From Dipteris shenzhenensis (Eukaryota), in assembly GCA_047967505.1 (NCBI GenBank), contig CM106538.1: a stretch of DNA of 64,000 nucleotides; one strand, written 5' to 3'. Position 1 is the first letter of the stretch. Every line of letters starts with the position of its first letter. Below, one piece after another: positions 26,201-41,200 of the stretch. The position numbers were made by a program, and so were the translations under genes. The notes under the pieces are model-generated. The model was not told the DNA's origin. It did not search any database and saw only the letters and a program-made list of their open reading frames with translations.

Positions 26201-29200
26201 CATAGATAATTAGGCTTCATGATTTACTTTTGTGGTAATTACTGCTCGGTGGTGGTGGCTCTCATTAGCCACATCTGTCATGGCTAAGATTCCACCGAGA
26301 TGGCAGTCAATTACCAGCCACTGCAATGGCTTGCTCACCCACCACTGGGCGTCTACTTCATGATTAGTAGCCCGTCTAGGGTGGTGCCTAAGATTCCACC
26401 ACCATGGCCTACAATTAATATGGATGGGACCATCTGCCCCTTCTTTGCTACTGCTCCACATGATCTGCTAATTTGCTCCACACACCCTCCTCCAGCTCTT
26501 TTTTGCCCCTTCTCTACTTAGCTCCATGCTCCCTTTTCCAATTCTCATCACTCACCTACTCCCCTACTCATCTGTTGCTCAGCCACTCATCTTCACCATG
26601 CCTACTACCCCCCCCGCTCGATGCACTTTGATCCCAATGTTATCTGCCTCCTCATATAAGGTGACTACGTTGCACTCACCTGGAGTAGAAATGCTGGCAC
26701 TAGGGACACCCTTTGTTCCCATGGTCAGTTCTCCCCATATTTGCATGTCACCACCTTTTATGACATGCTCAAATTTGGCCTCTTTATGGCTGTGCTATAT
26801 GGGTTCCTCCTAGACATCAATGAAGGTCTCAAGATTTTCATAGCAGAGTACTCTCGACTTGTTTTGGGGGGTGTAATCTGAGTCCTAGCAATGTGCATGG
26901 TCTTCGGCCTCTCCATCGTCTCCTCCATTGGCTCCCTAAAAAAATTCAATGCAACAAGTTGGGCTGGTGGCAATACTGAGTTGTACAAATTTCATCTTGC
27001 TCAACGAGGCTCATAAGCACTCAGCAATGGATGGATGTAATCTTTGGGCCTCTAAGGCTCTCAGTGATATTTTAGCTCATTGGATGTAATGTTTTGGTCT
27101 CTAAGGCTCTCAGTAATTAGTGAGTTTTTATTAAATTTATGTAATCTCTTTTGTTTTAATTTGAGGCCCTCAGTATGCATTGTTGTTAACTTTTATGGCT
27201 ATGGTCGCTAGATGTAATCTTTTGGCCTTTAAGGCTCTCAGCAATTGCTGAGTTTTTAAAAATGTATGATTCTCTGTTTAATTTTTGCTAAGTATAAGTT
27301 GTTAATTTTTATATTACATGTTATTGGATGTAGATGTACATTGTAATCTCTTTTACTCAATTTTCACTCTATGAATTGTAGTTGATTATCTGGATGGCAC
27401 CACCAGGCCTCTAGTCACCGTGGTGGATCATAATACTTTTGCCCTCATTTATATTTATTGCAACAAGGACTAAAATACCAGTAAAGTAGGACTACAATTT
27501 CCTTGGTTTAGTACCAAAGTAGCGTTAAAATAGCTCCAATGGCACACCATTGTGGTTGCATGGAGATATATCTAGAAAAATAGAATTAAACTTTCAGAAA
27601 ATGCAAGTGACAATATGGCCCTTGAGGTTTACCCCTCTAGGGGCAAGGGACATATCGACATGCATTATACAATATCTACGATGCCACTGGACAAATATAG
27701 CATGTCGATATGTCCCTTGCCCCTAGAGGGGACCCCTCAAGGGCCATATTGTCAATGTGGTGGTGTTCAAAATGATAGATCGTGTCTCATTATTATGCCA
27801 AGAACCAATGTGGTGGTCTCTTCAAGCCAGCCTTGAATTTTAATGATCTTCATGGGCACGTTGCCCAGTGACAGGTGGCAAAGCTACGGCAAAAGGTTGT
27901 GTGATGATAGCTGGTCAGCTATGCGAAGTAGTGCAGAGATGCACGATGTAGTGTAGAGCTACTATGTTTTGAGCTATGCGGTGTTCAGAATAAATAGATT
28001 GCATCTCATTATTATGCCAATATGGCATCGTGACATTGGGAAAATTTCTAGTGAGAGAATGGGTCTGCACAAAAATCAAAATCTCACCCAGGAGCACATT
28101 GTGTCGCAGTCCTAAAATGGCCCAGAAAATTGTTTTACAATTGGCTAGACCCAAGCAAATGTTGACCTTGAAGCTATATAAGGTAGATTTCCATGGGGAT
28201 TATTTTACCGCTAGGATGATCTTGGGTTATTGGGCATTTAAGTTGTCTTGCATGGTGGATTTCTTTACAATTCTAAGAATTATGGTGATAATTACAAGGG
28301 GCCTCTTGAATTATGGTGATAATTATAAAGGTAATTACAAGGGGCCTGATGAAAACCACTTGGAAAATATATTTAAACTATTTTGTATTGGAAATTTCCT
28401 CACACTCATGAGTATTGTGGAAAAACTACATGATCATTAATATGGATTTATGGGATGGCCCTAATTTATTAAGTTTCAGCCATATGGTGAGATTGTTTGG
28501 GCATTATTTAATCCAAGGTGATAAACAGTGTACCGTTGGAACTATTGTCTTTAAATTGGAACAAGGGAATTGCAAACACAAGGGGAAAGAGCAATGTCTT
28601 TGATGATTATTATTTGATAATTTCTTTATGGTATTGTTTATAACAAAATTTCCTTTATGGGAATGGATTGATGCTTTCATGTTCCAATTGTCTGGCCTCT
28701 ATACTTTATGCCATCCTCCTACCCATTGGCATCTTATCACAATGTGTTATGCCTAGGATGCCATTGGCTTTTGGAAAGATTTTCTTGCCCTATGTTCTAG
28801 ACTATTCAAGTGAAAAATGGGATCTCATCTTGGATATGTGCTGAGTCAAGGCATATTTTACCCTTTGATCTATATGCAAGTTTCTATACATCATTTTTTG
28901 GGTTCTTGTGTGCAAGCCTAACATGATGCAACATCATGATTGGTTGAGAATTGATCAAAGGACAATAGGGCCTTTGATTAGTCCACATAATCCATTGGGA
29001 ATTACTCTAAGATTTTATAAGCATTTCATTAACTGTCTACATACCAACCTCTAATTATTTTTTAATAGAATGCCATGATTTGATTATGCTAGTCTGGATA
29101 GAGTGACATGGATAATGACTGTGTGCCGACATTGAAGCCTGGCTACCATAGCTTGAATGAATTGTTCTAACTTTCATTTGGTTGTGATGGTGCCAGGTGA

Positions 29201-32200
29201 GTTGGCATACCTCTCTATCAGGTTTGCATTGAAAAAACAAGGCATGAAGATACAGTGTGGATAGCTTTGAGGAGCACTCTACGGTGGATCATTTCCAACT
29301 ATTGATAAATAGGATTGGACATTCTATTGGAGACTAGTCATGAGTATTATTTTACTTTTTGCAATTTACTGACATGAATGTGAGTATGTAAATTGACTCC
29401 CACTTTGACTTTATGCTAGAAGGGTCGATGTGGTGATAGATTATTCTCACTTATACAATGTTAAGAGCAATGATATATGATTGTATTTGGTTTATTGGTA
29501 CATTGAGAATTGATTCAGTAGTATAGTTATAGGACAAACACACACACACACAATATCTTGTGGAGTTAAAGGTGGTATGGCATGTAAACTCCACAATATC
29601 TTGTGGAGTTCAAGGTGGTATGACATGTACTTTTTTTAGAAAAAACTCCACAATATCTTGTGGAGTTAAAGGTGGTATGGCATGTACTTAATCACTATTT
29701 TGTAAAAGGTGCACTTATCCACTTTGCCTTTGAGCTTGAATCTAAACCTATTGGCACATGATCATAGCACCTACAACTAAATACTCTTACACATCATCTT
29801 GTTTTTAATGAAGATTTGTGCAAAGTCAAGTTCTTTAATGCCTTAATGTGGCATCTATTAATCATATAAGCACTTGTAGATATTTTTCTACTCTAGAAAT
29901 GCATTTGCATTGCCATCTCTTTCAACATAGACCTAGTGACCTAAACTGGGTGCTTAATAGAGGAATATAGATAGTGGTTGCAATTCAAAATTTTTGAGGA
30001 GTGTAGGCAGTGGTGAACTTTGATTCAAGCCTTGTTTATTGTATAATGACTTGCAATCAACCTTTAAGTTAACCTCTTTGGCTCTTATTAGGACTTTGAA
30101 CTTTTGTCACTTTCTTGAACTCTAGCAACCTTGAGAAATTTCTTTATTTTTGCTCAAAATATGCACCCAAAAATTATGTGCAGATTGCACTTGATTTCCA
30201 TTACATTATTAAGTATATCATAAGGTTGTATGGGATCTAAGGAGTTGACCATAAGAAGTTTCTTGGGGTAAATGTGATGTACTCTCTTGTGCCAAAGATC
30301 TATACTGAGTTGCTCTATTCTTCTCTATCATCAACTTGGAATCAAGTGTATAAAGGATTCCATGTTTGCTACCTATAAGACAACAACTCATAAATGGATC
30401 CTTTATAGTGTTTTATGCTTTGTGAAGTTTACATGAGTTGAATCATCATAGAAGACTAAAATAGGAAGAAATTTCTTCCAATGGCTTAGCATTCATCTAA
30501 CATTTGCATACATTGTTCATGTGTAGCAAACAATATTTGTACTATTGTCCTTTATATCATTGCAACTTCCATCACATGTACGAAACTTAACAATACAAAA
30601 CCATCCTCTATGAGACTATCATGAGTGACAATCTTTGGGTATCCCATGAATTTAGTAAGTGATCAAGGGGTTCTTCAATGCAATGATCCACCATTTGACA
30701 CAAAGGCATATGATCATTCATAAGAAGTGATTGGTGTAATATCCATAGGTGAATGTCCAAAGTGGAGTACACCAATCGGATCTGGATATGTACCTTGAAG
30801 AAGATAATAGGATTCATTGGGACCAACAATTGCATTCTACATTGTAGGCATTTAGTACGGCATATAAGATTTCTACTAACTAAATATTGATTTATTTTAC
30901 TTATGGACTAGAGGCTATGGTGCCTCTGGAATTCATGTTTCTATTGAAGAGTGGTTGAGTTTGGTAGATCTTGAGGAGCATAGGCTTTGCTAGTTGTGCT
31001 ACTTTGGGAGAGAAGAGCCTACATGGCTTGTGAAATGCAAAGGTGGTGCAGCACAGATGTATGTGCGCATACAGAATATGGGTAGATAGGACTATCAAGT
31101 TTAAGATGTTTAGGCTTGGAAATATTTTCGGATGTTCAAATCTCACATTATACAAATGTATACATATTTATACAAGCATGTGTGAAGATGTGTACATGTG
31201 CATATATATGTAGCATGCAAAGGCACGTGCATAAATGTACATGCACATGTGCATAAATGAATAATCAAGACATTCACACATGCGTGCATATATGCACAAA
31301 CCACATGCATAAGTGAACGTAGACATTAACTACGTAGTAAACACATGGTCATTCCTACCTCTTTTTATTATATTACATGGTTTCTTGCACTTTTTCTCAT
31401 TTTCTAAACAATATTCTTTGTAATTAGAAGTAATCTTTATGTTTTTAGGTGGAGATTAATGTGTCCATGTAAAGCATATATGAATAATAGTTTCAAGAAA
31501 TTTCTAACATGTAGGTCACTTACCTTGCAATAAGACAATATGGTCTTGTCCAAAAATTTGCATCCCCTTGTACGTAACGTTTATCTTGTAGTTGCCAGTG
31601 GAATCTAGTTGGAAAGGAAATGTGTACTTTCCATTATTATTATCATATGGAACTCCAGAATATGCATCTAATGATTTGTAACTTTTCAAGGAAACCATGA
31701 AGCCACCCCCTCCAAGTGTGCAATTGTTTCCAAAGGAATCCATTGCTTGAATGACAAGTACTCCATAGCTACCCACAAGAATTCTCTCTCCTAAGTTTAT
31801 AGTGTATGTACACTTTGAAGCATCTATGGCACCTACAAAATCAATTTGTATTTCAAGATAACATTTTCTTATATATATAAAGTATACCTATTCAACCAAG
31901 TTTTCACAAATAATCATAAGACTATTTTGTTTAGAAGCAACACATTTTGAGAAATTTATTGTGATTTTCAAAGACAAAAAATGATTTATGTACTTACATC
32001 ACCAACTCAAAGACCAATTTCTATATTAATATCAAGAGGGACTCTTATTAATTTTCAACTATTGTAGATCAAAATATCATCTATAATGCTTTCCCCAATT
32101 GTGCTTGATTAGGCTTCTAGACTTGGAATATCAATATTTTCTAGGGGGATAAATGCCTCATGGCGTGGGACAAAACTAGTTATTGCTCTTTTTGTCTTAG

Positions 32201-35200
32201 AGATTTTTTTCTTTTCCTTTTATCTCAAGGTTTAATTGCTATGGATAAATTCCATGTTGGAATGTTCTTGCTAGACCTAGATGAATACTACAAGTTCAAC
32301 ATGATGTGTATATTGAAATACACTTCCTCTTAGGACCACCTCCCCAATTAATGCCTCAAGTCTAATGAGTTATGAGTCTATGTCTTAGTGGTCATTGGGA
32401 TATGACAACTTGTGATTATTTTTTGAATAATCCATTTGAAAATCCACTTTACCCACTTTTAGTGGTAGACATATACTACTTTACCACATAAATTAGCTCA
32501 CAAGACTACTACATATGAAATGTCCAGCCATGTTATAGTCATCAACAAATAGATTAGATATCTAATTTCTACAATATACATTTTTTAAATTTGGTCTGAC
32601 TTAAAACATAGCATCCTTTACTTTTCTCAACTTAAGTACCCAAAATGTAATGCAATAATGAAAGGTCATGAAATTCAAATTGCCTACAGATATTGACTTT
32701 GACCTCTTTGGATCAACTTATTATTGATTCCAACTATGATGGAGTCATCCACATAGAGTGCAATGATAGTTATGGCATCTCATGATGTATTTTAGTCCTT
32801 GTGAACCATCCTATATCAAATCTACACAGGTTTCTTGAGATAATACAAAACATTATCCAGGCATACCAAATGTCCAAATTCCTTATGCACAATACCTTGT
32901 GGCTATTCTACATATGTTTTTCCTTGTAGTCCTCTATTCAAGAAATTAGACTTTATATCCATCTAACTCAAGTGAAGTGCCATAATATAAGCAAAAGAAC
33001 GTATCATATTGCAAGTATAACCCAGATAGCCTTCAAAACTCCACACTTGAAATAGGTTGACACTATTTGTAGTTGTAGATGGCCTTCATATTGATTGTCC
33101 CTATAACATTAGATCTTTGGAAGCAATCAATTTAATAGGCTATGGGACTATACAAATTGTATACCTTGGGCTCTTCCACAAACCCAACTATAATGCAGCT
33201 ATTGCTTTGGACATCAAACTTTTTTAACTTCATGTCAACATGGACTCAAGTAGCACAAAATGTGTGTGTGGAGTAGTAGCAAAGCTCCGCTTGTACTTGC
33301 ATAAGGCTAGGAATAATCTCTCTTAGAAATCCAACATGCATGTACTACATGCAAGTTCTATGTGCAACTCTTACATGTATGTTCTACGTGCAAGTTCTAC
33401 GTACAATTCCTACATGCAACTTCTACATGCATGTTCTACATGTAGCCTGTACATTCAACTCCTATATGCAGCTTCTACATGTACATCTTGGATGCATGTT
33501 CTACATGTAGAGAGAGAAAGTCTTATAATTTTTATATGCAGAGAGAGAAGCTTTCCAGCTTATATAAATACCCCATGATGGAATGAAGTCCACACTCTTT
33601 GGGGCATTGTGTTGAGTTCTATTATGCAATTATCTCCAAGTGTCCATGCTCCCTTGCACTCCATGTCCAAAAGCATGTCCTTGTTAGATATCAATGCTCC
33701 ACTCTCGTGTAACTAGTGGGAACCAGCTAACTCTACTTGTAAGGCCCCCATATGAGGAGAAGGCATTTGAGTAGCTTGGTTATCTGGTAGGTCTTGGTTT
33801 GGACACCAGATGGGGGCCATGTGTGGCCTGATGGCTGGACGGCTTCAAATAGAGTTGGCACACCGCCAACTAGGCTACATGCAAGTGCAAGAAGGCATCC
33901 CTTAACTGAGTGCACTGAGAGTAGACGGAGCATTTCTCGGGGTAGCCTACTCTCGGGTTGCGGGGCCTGTTTGGAGCCTCAGATGATCTCGGATGGCTCT
34001 AGGCCGAACGGTAACCATAGGTCAGTTGCTCTATTTTGCACACCAGTTCTATCGTATGGTCGGTGGCCTATTTCAGGACCGACCCCCAGTCGAGACCCCC
34101 AGTCAACCATTTTGGGCAGACTGGGTCGGCCACCCAATTGAGCCTAACCAACTATGACTAGTGGCTGTATAAGAGCAAGCCTGTGAAGCCCATTTCATCA
34201 TTGGCTACAGCAACCCTGATTCCTTAGCATCCAACCTCCGTCTTCTACTGTTTCCAGCATGCCATCGAAGCTTCTTTCACAGGAGCGCATGGTTGGGAGG
34301 CAGCGCCATCTATTGTATCAGTTCTACAGTATCAAATTTTAGATTCTCCATACTATCTTGTTTCTCTCTCTTGCGTATGAGATCTTGTTATCTGTTGAGC
34401 ATAGACATTGTATTATTTTCTTATAGTCCTAATCTTGCCTCCTTCTCCCCTCTCCTCCAACCTTGCAACTCCTCCTTTGCCTCTCCTCCTCCCTTCTCCT
34501 CTCTCTCCCCCATCTCCATGCTCTTATACCTTCTTTCTCTCCCAGTCCTATGCTTCCTCTAAACTGTTATCCTCTTAGATTAGTTTCTCAAACCTTGACC
34601 TCCATGATCTATGAGGGAGACAAGTTAGATTCCCCTTCTAACCTTGAACTTCCTTCTAAACCCTGGAACCTCCTTCTGAACCTTAAAGCACCTTTTGAAT
34701 CTTGGATCCTTCTTATGAACCCTAAAATTCTTTCTAAGCCTTAAAACCCCCAATGGAGGCTGAAAGCCTTCATTACCTCAAACATGTTGATGAATGTTCC
34801 TGTCACACAAGCATGCATGTTGTTTTCTCCCCACACTTGAGCCTACGTCTCTCATCAGAATACAAACCAAGGTCCTAAGCTACACTGGTACTACAAATGA
34901 TGACATTGATATATCTGTAAGGTGAAGAAAACCCGTGGAACTCAACACACCCAAGCCATGGGATAGAGTCTACAAACTTATATTTCTTTTGCTTTGCCAT
35001 TGAGTATAGCTAGTTGACCCCAAAATTCTAATATGCTAGACTTTAGGCTTGTATCTAGTCCATGTTTCCTCCAGTGTGATATCATGCAAAGCAATTTTGG
35101 GTGAACTATTAATCAAGTACACTATACTGCAGATTGCTTCTTCTATTTTATGAAAAACCTATGTCCTTACTTTGTGCCATGCCACTCTGCAATGGTGAAA

Positions 35201-38200
35201 TTCTTGCATTTTCCTACACCATTTTGCCATTGTGTCTTAAGAAAGGAATATTTCTTGTGGATGCCCCATTTTCTTAAAAAAACATGTCAAGGATTTAGAT
35301 ATATATCCGTCTCCATTGTGAAGGCATTTGATCATATATCCACTTTGAGCTTTTACAAGTGTCTTGAACCCTTGAAAACTTGTAAGAGTTCAAACCTCTT
35401 TTTCATAAAATAGACTAAAATTTGCATGTAGGATAAAAAAATACTACTTATCCTTGCATATATAGTCATCTATATAGGAAATAGAGTGCTTCTCAACACC
35501 AAGCAAAATCTTGCATGTATAGTCATCTATATAGATAATAGAACACTTATGCTAATCTAGACAGAACCCGTGGTTGGTGCTATTTCTTGAACCAACCATT
35601 CAAATGAAACATGGGTTGTGATTCTTTGGAATCCACTACCTAGATTTCATAGTTAGAATCATTTTTTGCAAGGCTAAGATTCCCTATGTGTTTAAATGAA
35701 CTTGCTAGCACTATAAGTTCTTTAGCCATCACACAACATATCTTATGTGATCTATCCTCTTCATTTACTACTTTAGAAATATATCTTCATATATTCATGT
35801 GCTCAAATTTTTTTCTTGCCTTATTGCCTTTCCTATTCTTAGCCTTGCTATGGAGATTTCTAAAATGTGTCCTAGTTTGCTACAATTATATCATTTTGTC
35901 TTTCCTTGGATGACAAATTTTCTTGGGATTAGATTCTTGGGATTGTTGGCCTAAATTCCCTTTGTTTTGTCCAAAATTGGACAAATACATTCCATCTTCT
36001 ACATTGCTTTGAGGACTCTTGCTTTTGAAATGCATAGATATCCCCTATACTCTTTTGCAGACTCCTATTCACATAAACATAATTGATCCACTAGCAACCT
36101 TTGCTATGGAAAAGCCTTCACATAAATCTGGAGTATACTTTACAAATTATCCAAATTAGGTGCGGACTTCTGAGATTCGTGATCATGATAGAATTTAGTC
36201 ATGGCCTTGCAAAAATAATGAGAACAATTTTTTTTTTCAATGTTACATTATGCTACACAAAGATTGGATGAGGCATATTTGTAAAAAATGTTGTGTCTTC
36301 CACATGACCACAACAAATCCATCATCCATAATCTATCTCTCAAGAGATTCATCTTATTAAAGTGGTCCATTATAGTATCTTCATCCTACATCTTCCAATT
36401 TTCCATAACTAACTATGTCTCAAGATTAAGGTGAATCACTAGAGCTTTTCCTTATAGCTAAGTGTCATCCACACCATTTATGCTTTTTCCAAATGCATCA
36501 CTTGGGAAAATACTATATCCTTTATGCATGCTATGAAAATGCATACGGACTTGGCGTTTGACTTATCACAGGCATCCTTGTCAACTTGTTGTCTACTTTT
36601 AGTTGGGGCATTCATCCATTAACAAAGATCCATTACCTTACAGGCCTATAAATAGATTCTTGATTTTGCATTTCATGATGTGAAAGTTAGTTTCAGAATA
36701 TATATGGGTTGTAGGAGTTGATAAAACCATTGAAAACCAATCTCAAATTTTAGATAATAGCATCAATGTTTATATTGATGGTCATATCAATAATTCTATA
36801 GCAATGTGTATATCATTAATAATATAGATGCATTTACGCTTTTATTTTAGAAAATTCATTTGTTTTTCCAGCCAGATAATGTTGTAAATTATGCAAATGT
36901 TATACGTGTGACTAGGAGTCTACCGCATACATGAGGCATTATACACATCAGTTTTGTGGGAGCCTATTTCACAAATTTTGAGGCAATTAAAGAACAAGGG
37001 AATTGAGGTGATTAGGCAATGAGGGCACGGAAATGAAGTATGGATGAACTCAAGCATCTGTGGTGGGTACTATATTCTCTAACACTTGATTGGGTTTACA
37101 TATTTGTACATGCTATAATTGATTGATTGATTATGGAAGAGGCCATCTTCCAAAAGCATCTTGGATAACATAGCTTTTGATTGTTCAACCCCTTTGTAAG
37201 TTTTAAAATTAGAAAAAGAACGAATGCAAACAATTCAAGCAAAAGATTAGGGGATATAAAATTTTAAGCCCATTTTGACAATGGCACTTCTAAGCACCTG
37301 CTGTTACTCTTTGCTAGCCTTTAACATTCCTATGAAAAGATGCATCTTGAAGTTAAAGTGCACTAAGAGCCATACAATAGCACAAATACTAACAAAGAAA
37401 AAATGTTCAATTGGTAAGTTAGCATCAAAGTGCCTGAGGGAGGGGTTCCTATCCTTCTGGATGTATTATCGAAGGCCAAAGGCTGCTGGAGTGAGAAGCA
37501 TGAGTGTTGCAATGCTCTAATGCAATGGATTGCACAGACTGCACTGTGCAGTGGTGTGTGAGTGTCGTATGTTGTACTGCAGTGAACAATGACATATGAG
37601 TGCACTATCCTAAATGACGACCATGGATGATTTTTTCAAGTTAGTTTCGTTAAGAAGCTAAACTTTTATATTAGTGTCGAAAGTTTGTATGCCATAATAA
37701 AAATAAATGTTTGAAACATTCGCGAGGATTTGAAAATTTTATGCAAAAAAATTTAAAGTTTCGCCAGGATTTCCATTCTTTCCTTTAAAATTCAAAAGAA
37801 AAAATATAAAAAAGTACTACATTCTACCAAGATTGTGAAACTAACAAAATGAGCTTGAAAACTTTCGCCAAGATTTTATATTAATATATAAGCATTGCTT
37901 CGATAAAAACATCCCTGATGACGACCACATGAGAACTCCATAACATAAGCAGAAGAAGAAAATCTCGTCATATACTAGTGAACAATCCCCATATCGAGAA
38001 GAGACAAGAAAAATGAGAAAGTGACCAAGATGGCCAAAGTACATATCACTAGACCGCGTCTATAGGTCACAAGTCGCAAGTCACAAGAACACACACGTCC
38101 ATCCCTATAGTAGACAGAGGGTACACACAAGTCTCTCCACACTCTCTCCTTGGCAAGCTCATAGCTCCAGCCTTTATCTCTCCTCACACTCTCCTTTCTC

Positions 38201-41200
38201 CCGCTTCACTACCGAACTCCAAATGCTCAATCCTGACCCTCCCCCTCCCCTCTCCACCTTCGCCTTCATCCTCATCCCCACCTTGGAGGGTCCCTTCTTT
38301 GCTGAGAGTCGCCACCTCTCTTCCCATTGGTCATCCTCTTATCTCCTTAGTTGTTGAGGATAGCCGTTGCACCGTTGGCTCTCTTAATGGCTACGGCGAC
38401 TTCTAGAGACCCTAACTCACCAGCCTCTTCTAGCTAGGATGGTGTAAATTCTCCATGTGCAGGTGAGCTCGATCACCACACCACTGTACCACTATGTGAT
38501 TGTAAATACTCCTGACTACTCCATGTGCTAAGCTCACTCTCCCTGTGCGTAGCTCTCAATGAGGTCGCCTTGGGCATGATACTCCTGGGGTTGACCTGTG
38601 GTTGACATGTGTCAATGCATGGTTGCCTCGAATAATACTCTTGGATGAACCCATGTGGTCAACTCCTCATGTCGTGTGGTTGACTTATGTTGACACATGG
38701 TCAACATGTGGTCAACACCTATCGTTATGTGGTCAACACCTGTCGACATGTAGTCAATGCTTGTTGTCATGTGGTCAGGGGTGTTTCTATTGTAACAGTT
38801 TCCCCGCCACTATCATTCATCATCCCAGTGAATAGAAATGGAGGAGGAACTTGTCAAAGAAAAAAGGACTTTCAAACCATTGATATGGTGATGGAGTAGG
38901 AAAAGAAAACGGTACAGACCATGTGGCTGGCCGTGCGAGTAATTCCAAAATTTGTATTAAAATGAAACTATGAAAATAAACTGTTGCGCTTGATAAAAGA
39001 CAACATGGAAAATTGCAAAAAAAACTGAGTACAACTTGAGATAGAACACCCTGGTATTTACATTGAGAGCCAATCAGCCTGGAAAAAATCTAACAGTGCA
39101 AAAAATCCAAAAACCCATGTATCAAATTACTTAGGAAGATCATCAGTAGCCTTCTCCTCTTCCACCTTCGTATGTAGCTCTATGGCCTTTTGCTCATCCC
39201 TTTGCTCTGCCTCCTTAGCCTCAAGCATGTCCATAATGTTTCTCAGATTTTCATACTTGGCTTTATAACAGTGGTATCACTGCCAGTAGTAATGATCCTT
39301 TTGCCCTTGCAAGGTCGATTGGGAAGTCTGGAGGGTGGCCAACTATGTCCGAAGGTTTGTGAATTCTTCCTCCATGGATGAATGCTTCTTTTCCAATTCA
39401 GCCACTCTAGATTTTGATTTTTTCTTGGAAATCTCTAAGGAAGACAACAACTCCTTTAACTGTGTGATCTCCTGCTAAAATCTGTTCACGTCTATGACAT
39501 GCTAGCTTTGTAAAGTTGCCAGAGCTACTGCATGCTGACTACATAGTGTTGTCATTTCTACTTCCCATTCGTACTTGTGACTATAGAGGCGATCCTCAAG
39601 GGCAACCCGCTGAATTTCCAAGCGATGTCATGCTCGTGAATAGCTGAGTCCTCTTTCTATCACCTTTCCTTCTATTGCTGAAGTGTCACCTCTGTGGCGC
39701 ACTACTGGGCTGCTTGAGCTCTCTCAAATTCTAACTTCAAATGTTTCTACTGGGAGAGGAGCTTATGAGCATAACCTGTGGAATTGAAGACCGCTGTCCC
39801 TAGCTGCATGAAAGTGTCATCCATGATACGTTGAGCAAGATGCAAGGACCTCTTCATACAGGCATACGTATCGCTGTAATTCATCCTGTCAACCAAATTA
39901 ATCACCTCTTCATACAGGCGTACCTATCGCTATAATTCATCGTGGGGAGGGGCTCCCACTTCGGTCTCTGCCCTATGTTGGTCGTGGTGGGGAGGCCGAA
40001 ATGTGAAGTACACCTTGAGAAGACAGCCTCTAAGAAAGCCCGTGGGAGTTAGGGCCCAGCGAAAGATTCAGGTCCAACACATGGTCAGAGGTCACCTGAA
40101 TTGTGGTGATGACTGCATCGGTGAAAGTGGTGGTGAAGGAAGATGAAACAGTTGCAGTCCTTCGCAAAATACACTCTTCGAGGAAGTCACTGGTACAACA
40201 TCCATCATCACTAGTACAACAAGGGGTGTACCTAGTGCAATCAGACCCACTCAAACTTTGGAGATCCTTGGAGAAGCCTAGATAAGTGTAACTGATGGAG
40301 ATATGAGACATGTCACTGATGGGGAACCTGTAACAAAATGTACTGAAGAAGCTTTGAGGTAGAATGCATCAGGTTGCACTCATCCAGGTGCCCTCCTTGT
40401 TGAAAGAGGAGAGGAGGCAGGAACTAGGGAAGTGATAGTGGAAGTGACACAAGAAGAGATGGCAGAGGCAGTGACAAGAGGGGAGAGGGATAATAAAGGG
40501 AGGTGACCTGTGACAATGGAAGGAGGGTTGGCCTTCCACTAGTGAAGTAAGGAGGTGAGGTGGAGCCCACAGGTACATGTATACATTCCCTGACGAATGC
40601 AGACTATGTTACGGAAGGCAGAGTAGAAGAGTGAGGCAAAATCATAGGGAGTGACAGAGAGAATGGAGTCTAGGGCAGAATGGATCGCCTTGGTGATGAA
40701 GAAGTGTCCTGGGGTAGAGTAGAAGTGAGTGCACAAATACCTCACTAAAAGTGCCTCTCTAATGTTTCCCTTGAGAACCTTCTTGCACTCATGTCCCCGA
40801 TGATGAGGTTTACATGTTGACAAGGACAGGAATGTGAGTGAGTCAGTGTGAGGTGGCAAAAAGGGAACTGTGGGAAGATGGAGATATGTGGATACGAGAC
40901 TAGGAGTAAATATATGATGGGAATTCAAGAATCCAAATGTGTCTGTTGCAAAGTCATAAGACTAAATAAATGTAGTACACATTTGGACATCCACTAGGGG
41001 AAGTGTGACAGCATCAAACTCCATGAGAGACATGCGATTTATCTCATCAAGTAACAAGATGCTGGATAGCTTGAGTGTGGGATCAAGGAAAGGTTTGAAA
41101 ACCACTTGAATGATCGAGGAAGATGAAGCAAGGGGTGGAAGATTGCAAGCTATACTTTGTGGGGCCAAATCACCGCCACCGGTACTGTGCCCACTGTGCC

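Noticed and set aside
29549-29686. CRISPR-like palindromic 38-bp direct repeats
   Set aside because: Only three copies, spacers of about 5 and 19 nt of low complexity, no cas genes, eukaryotic TE context.
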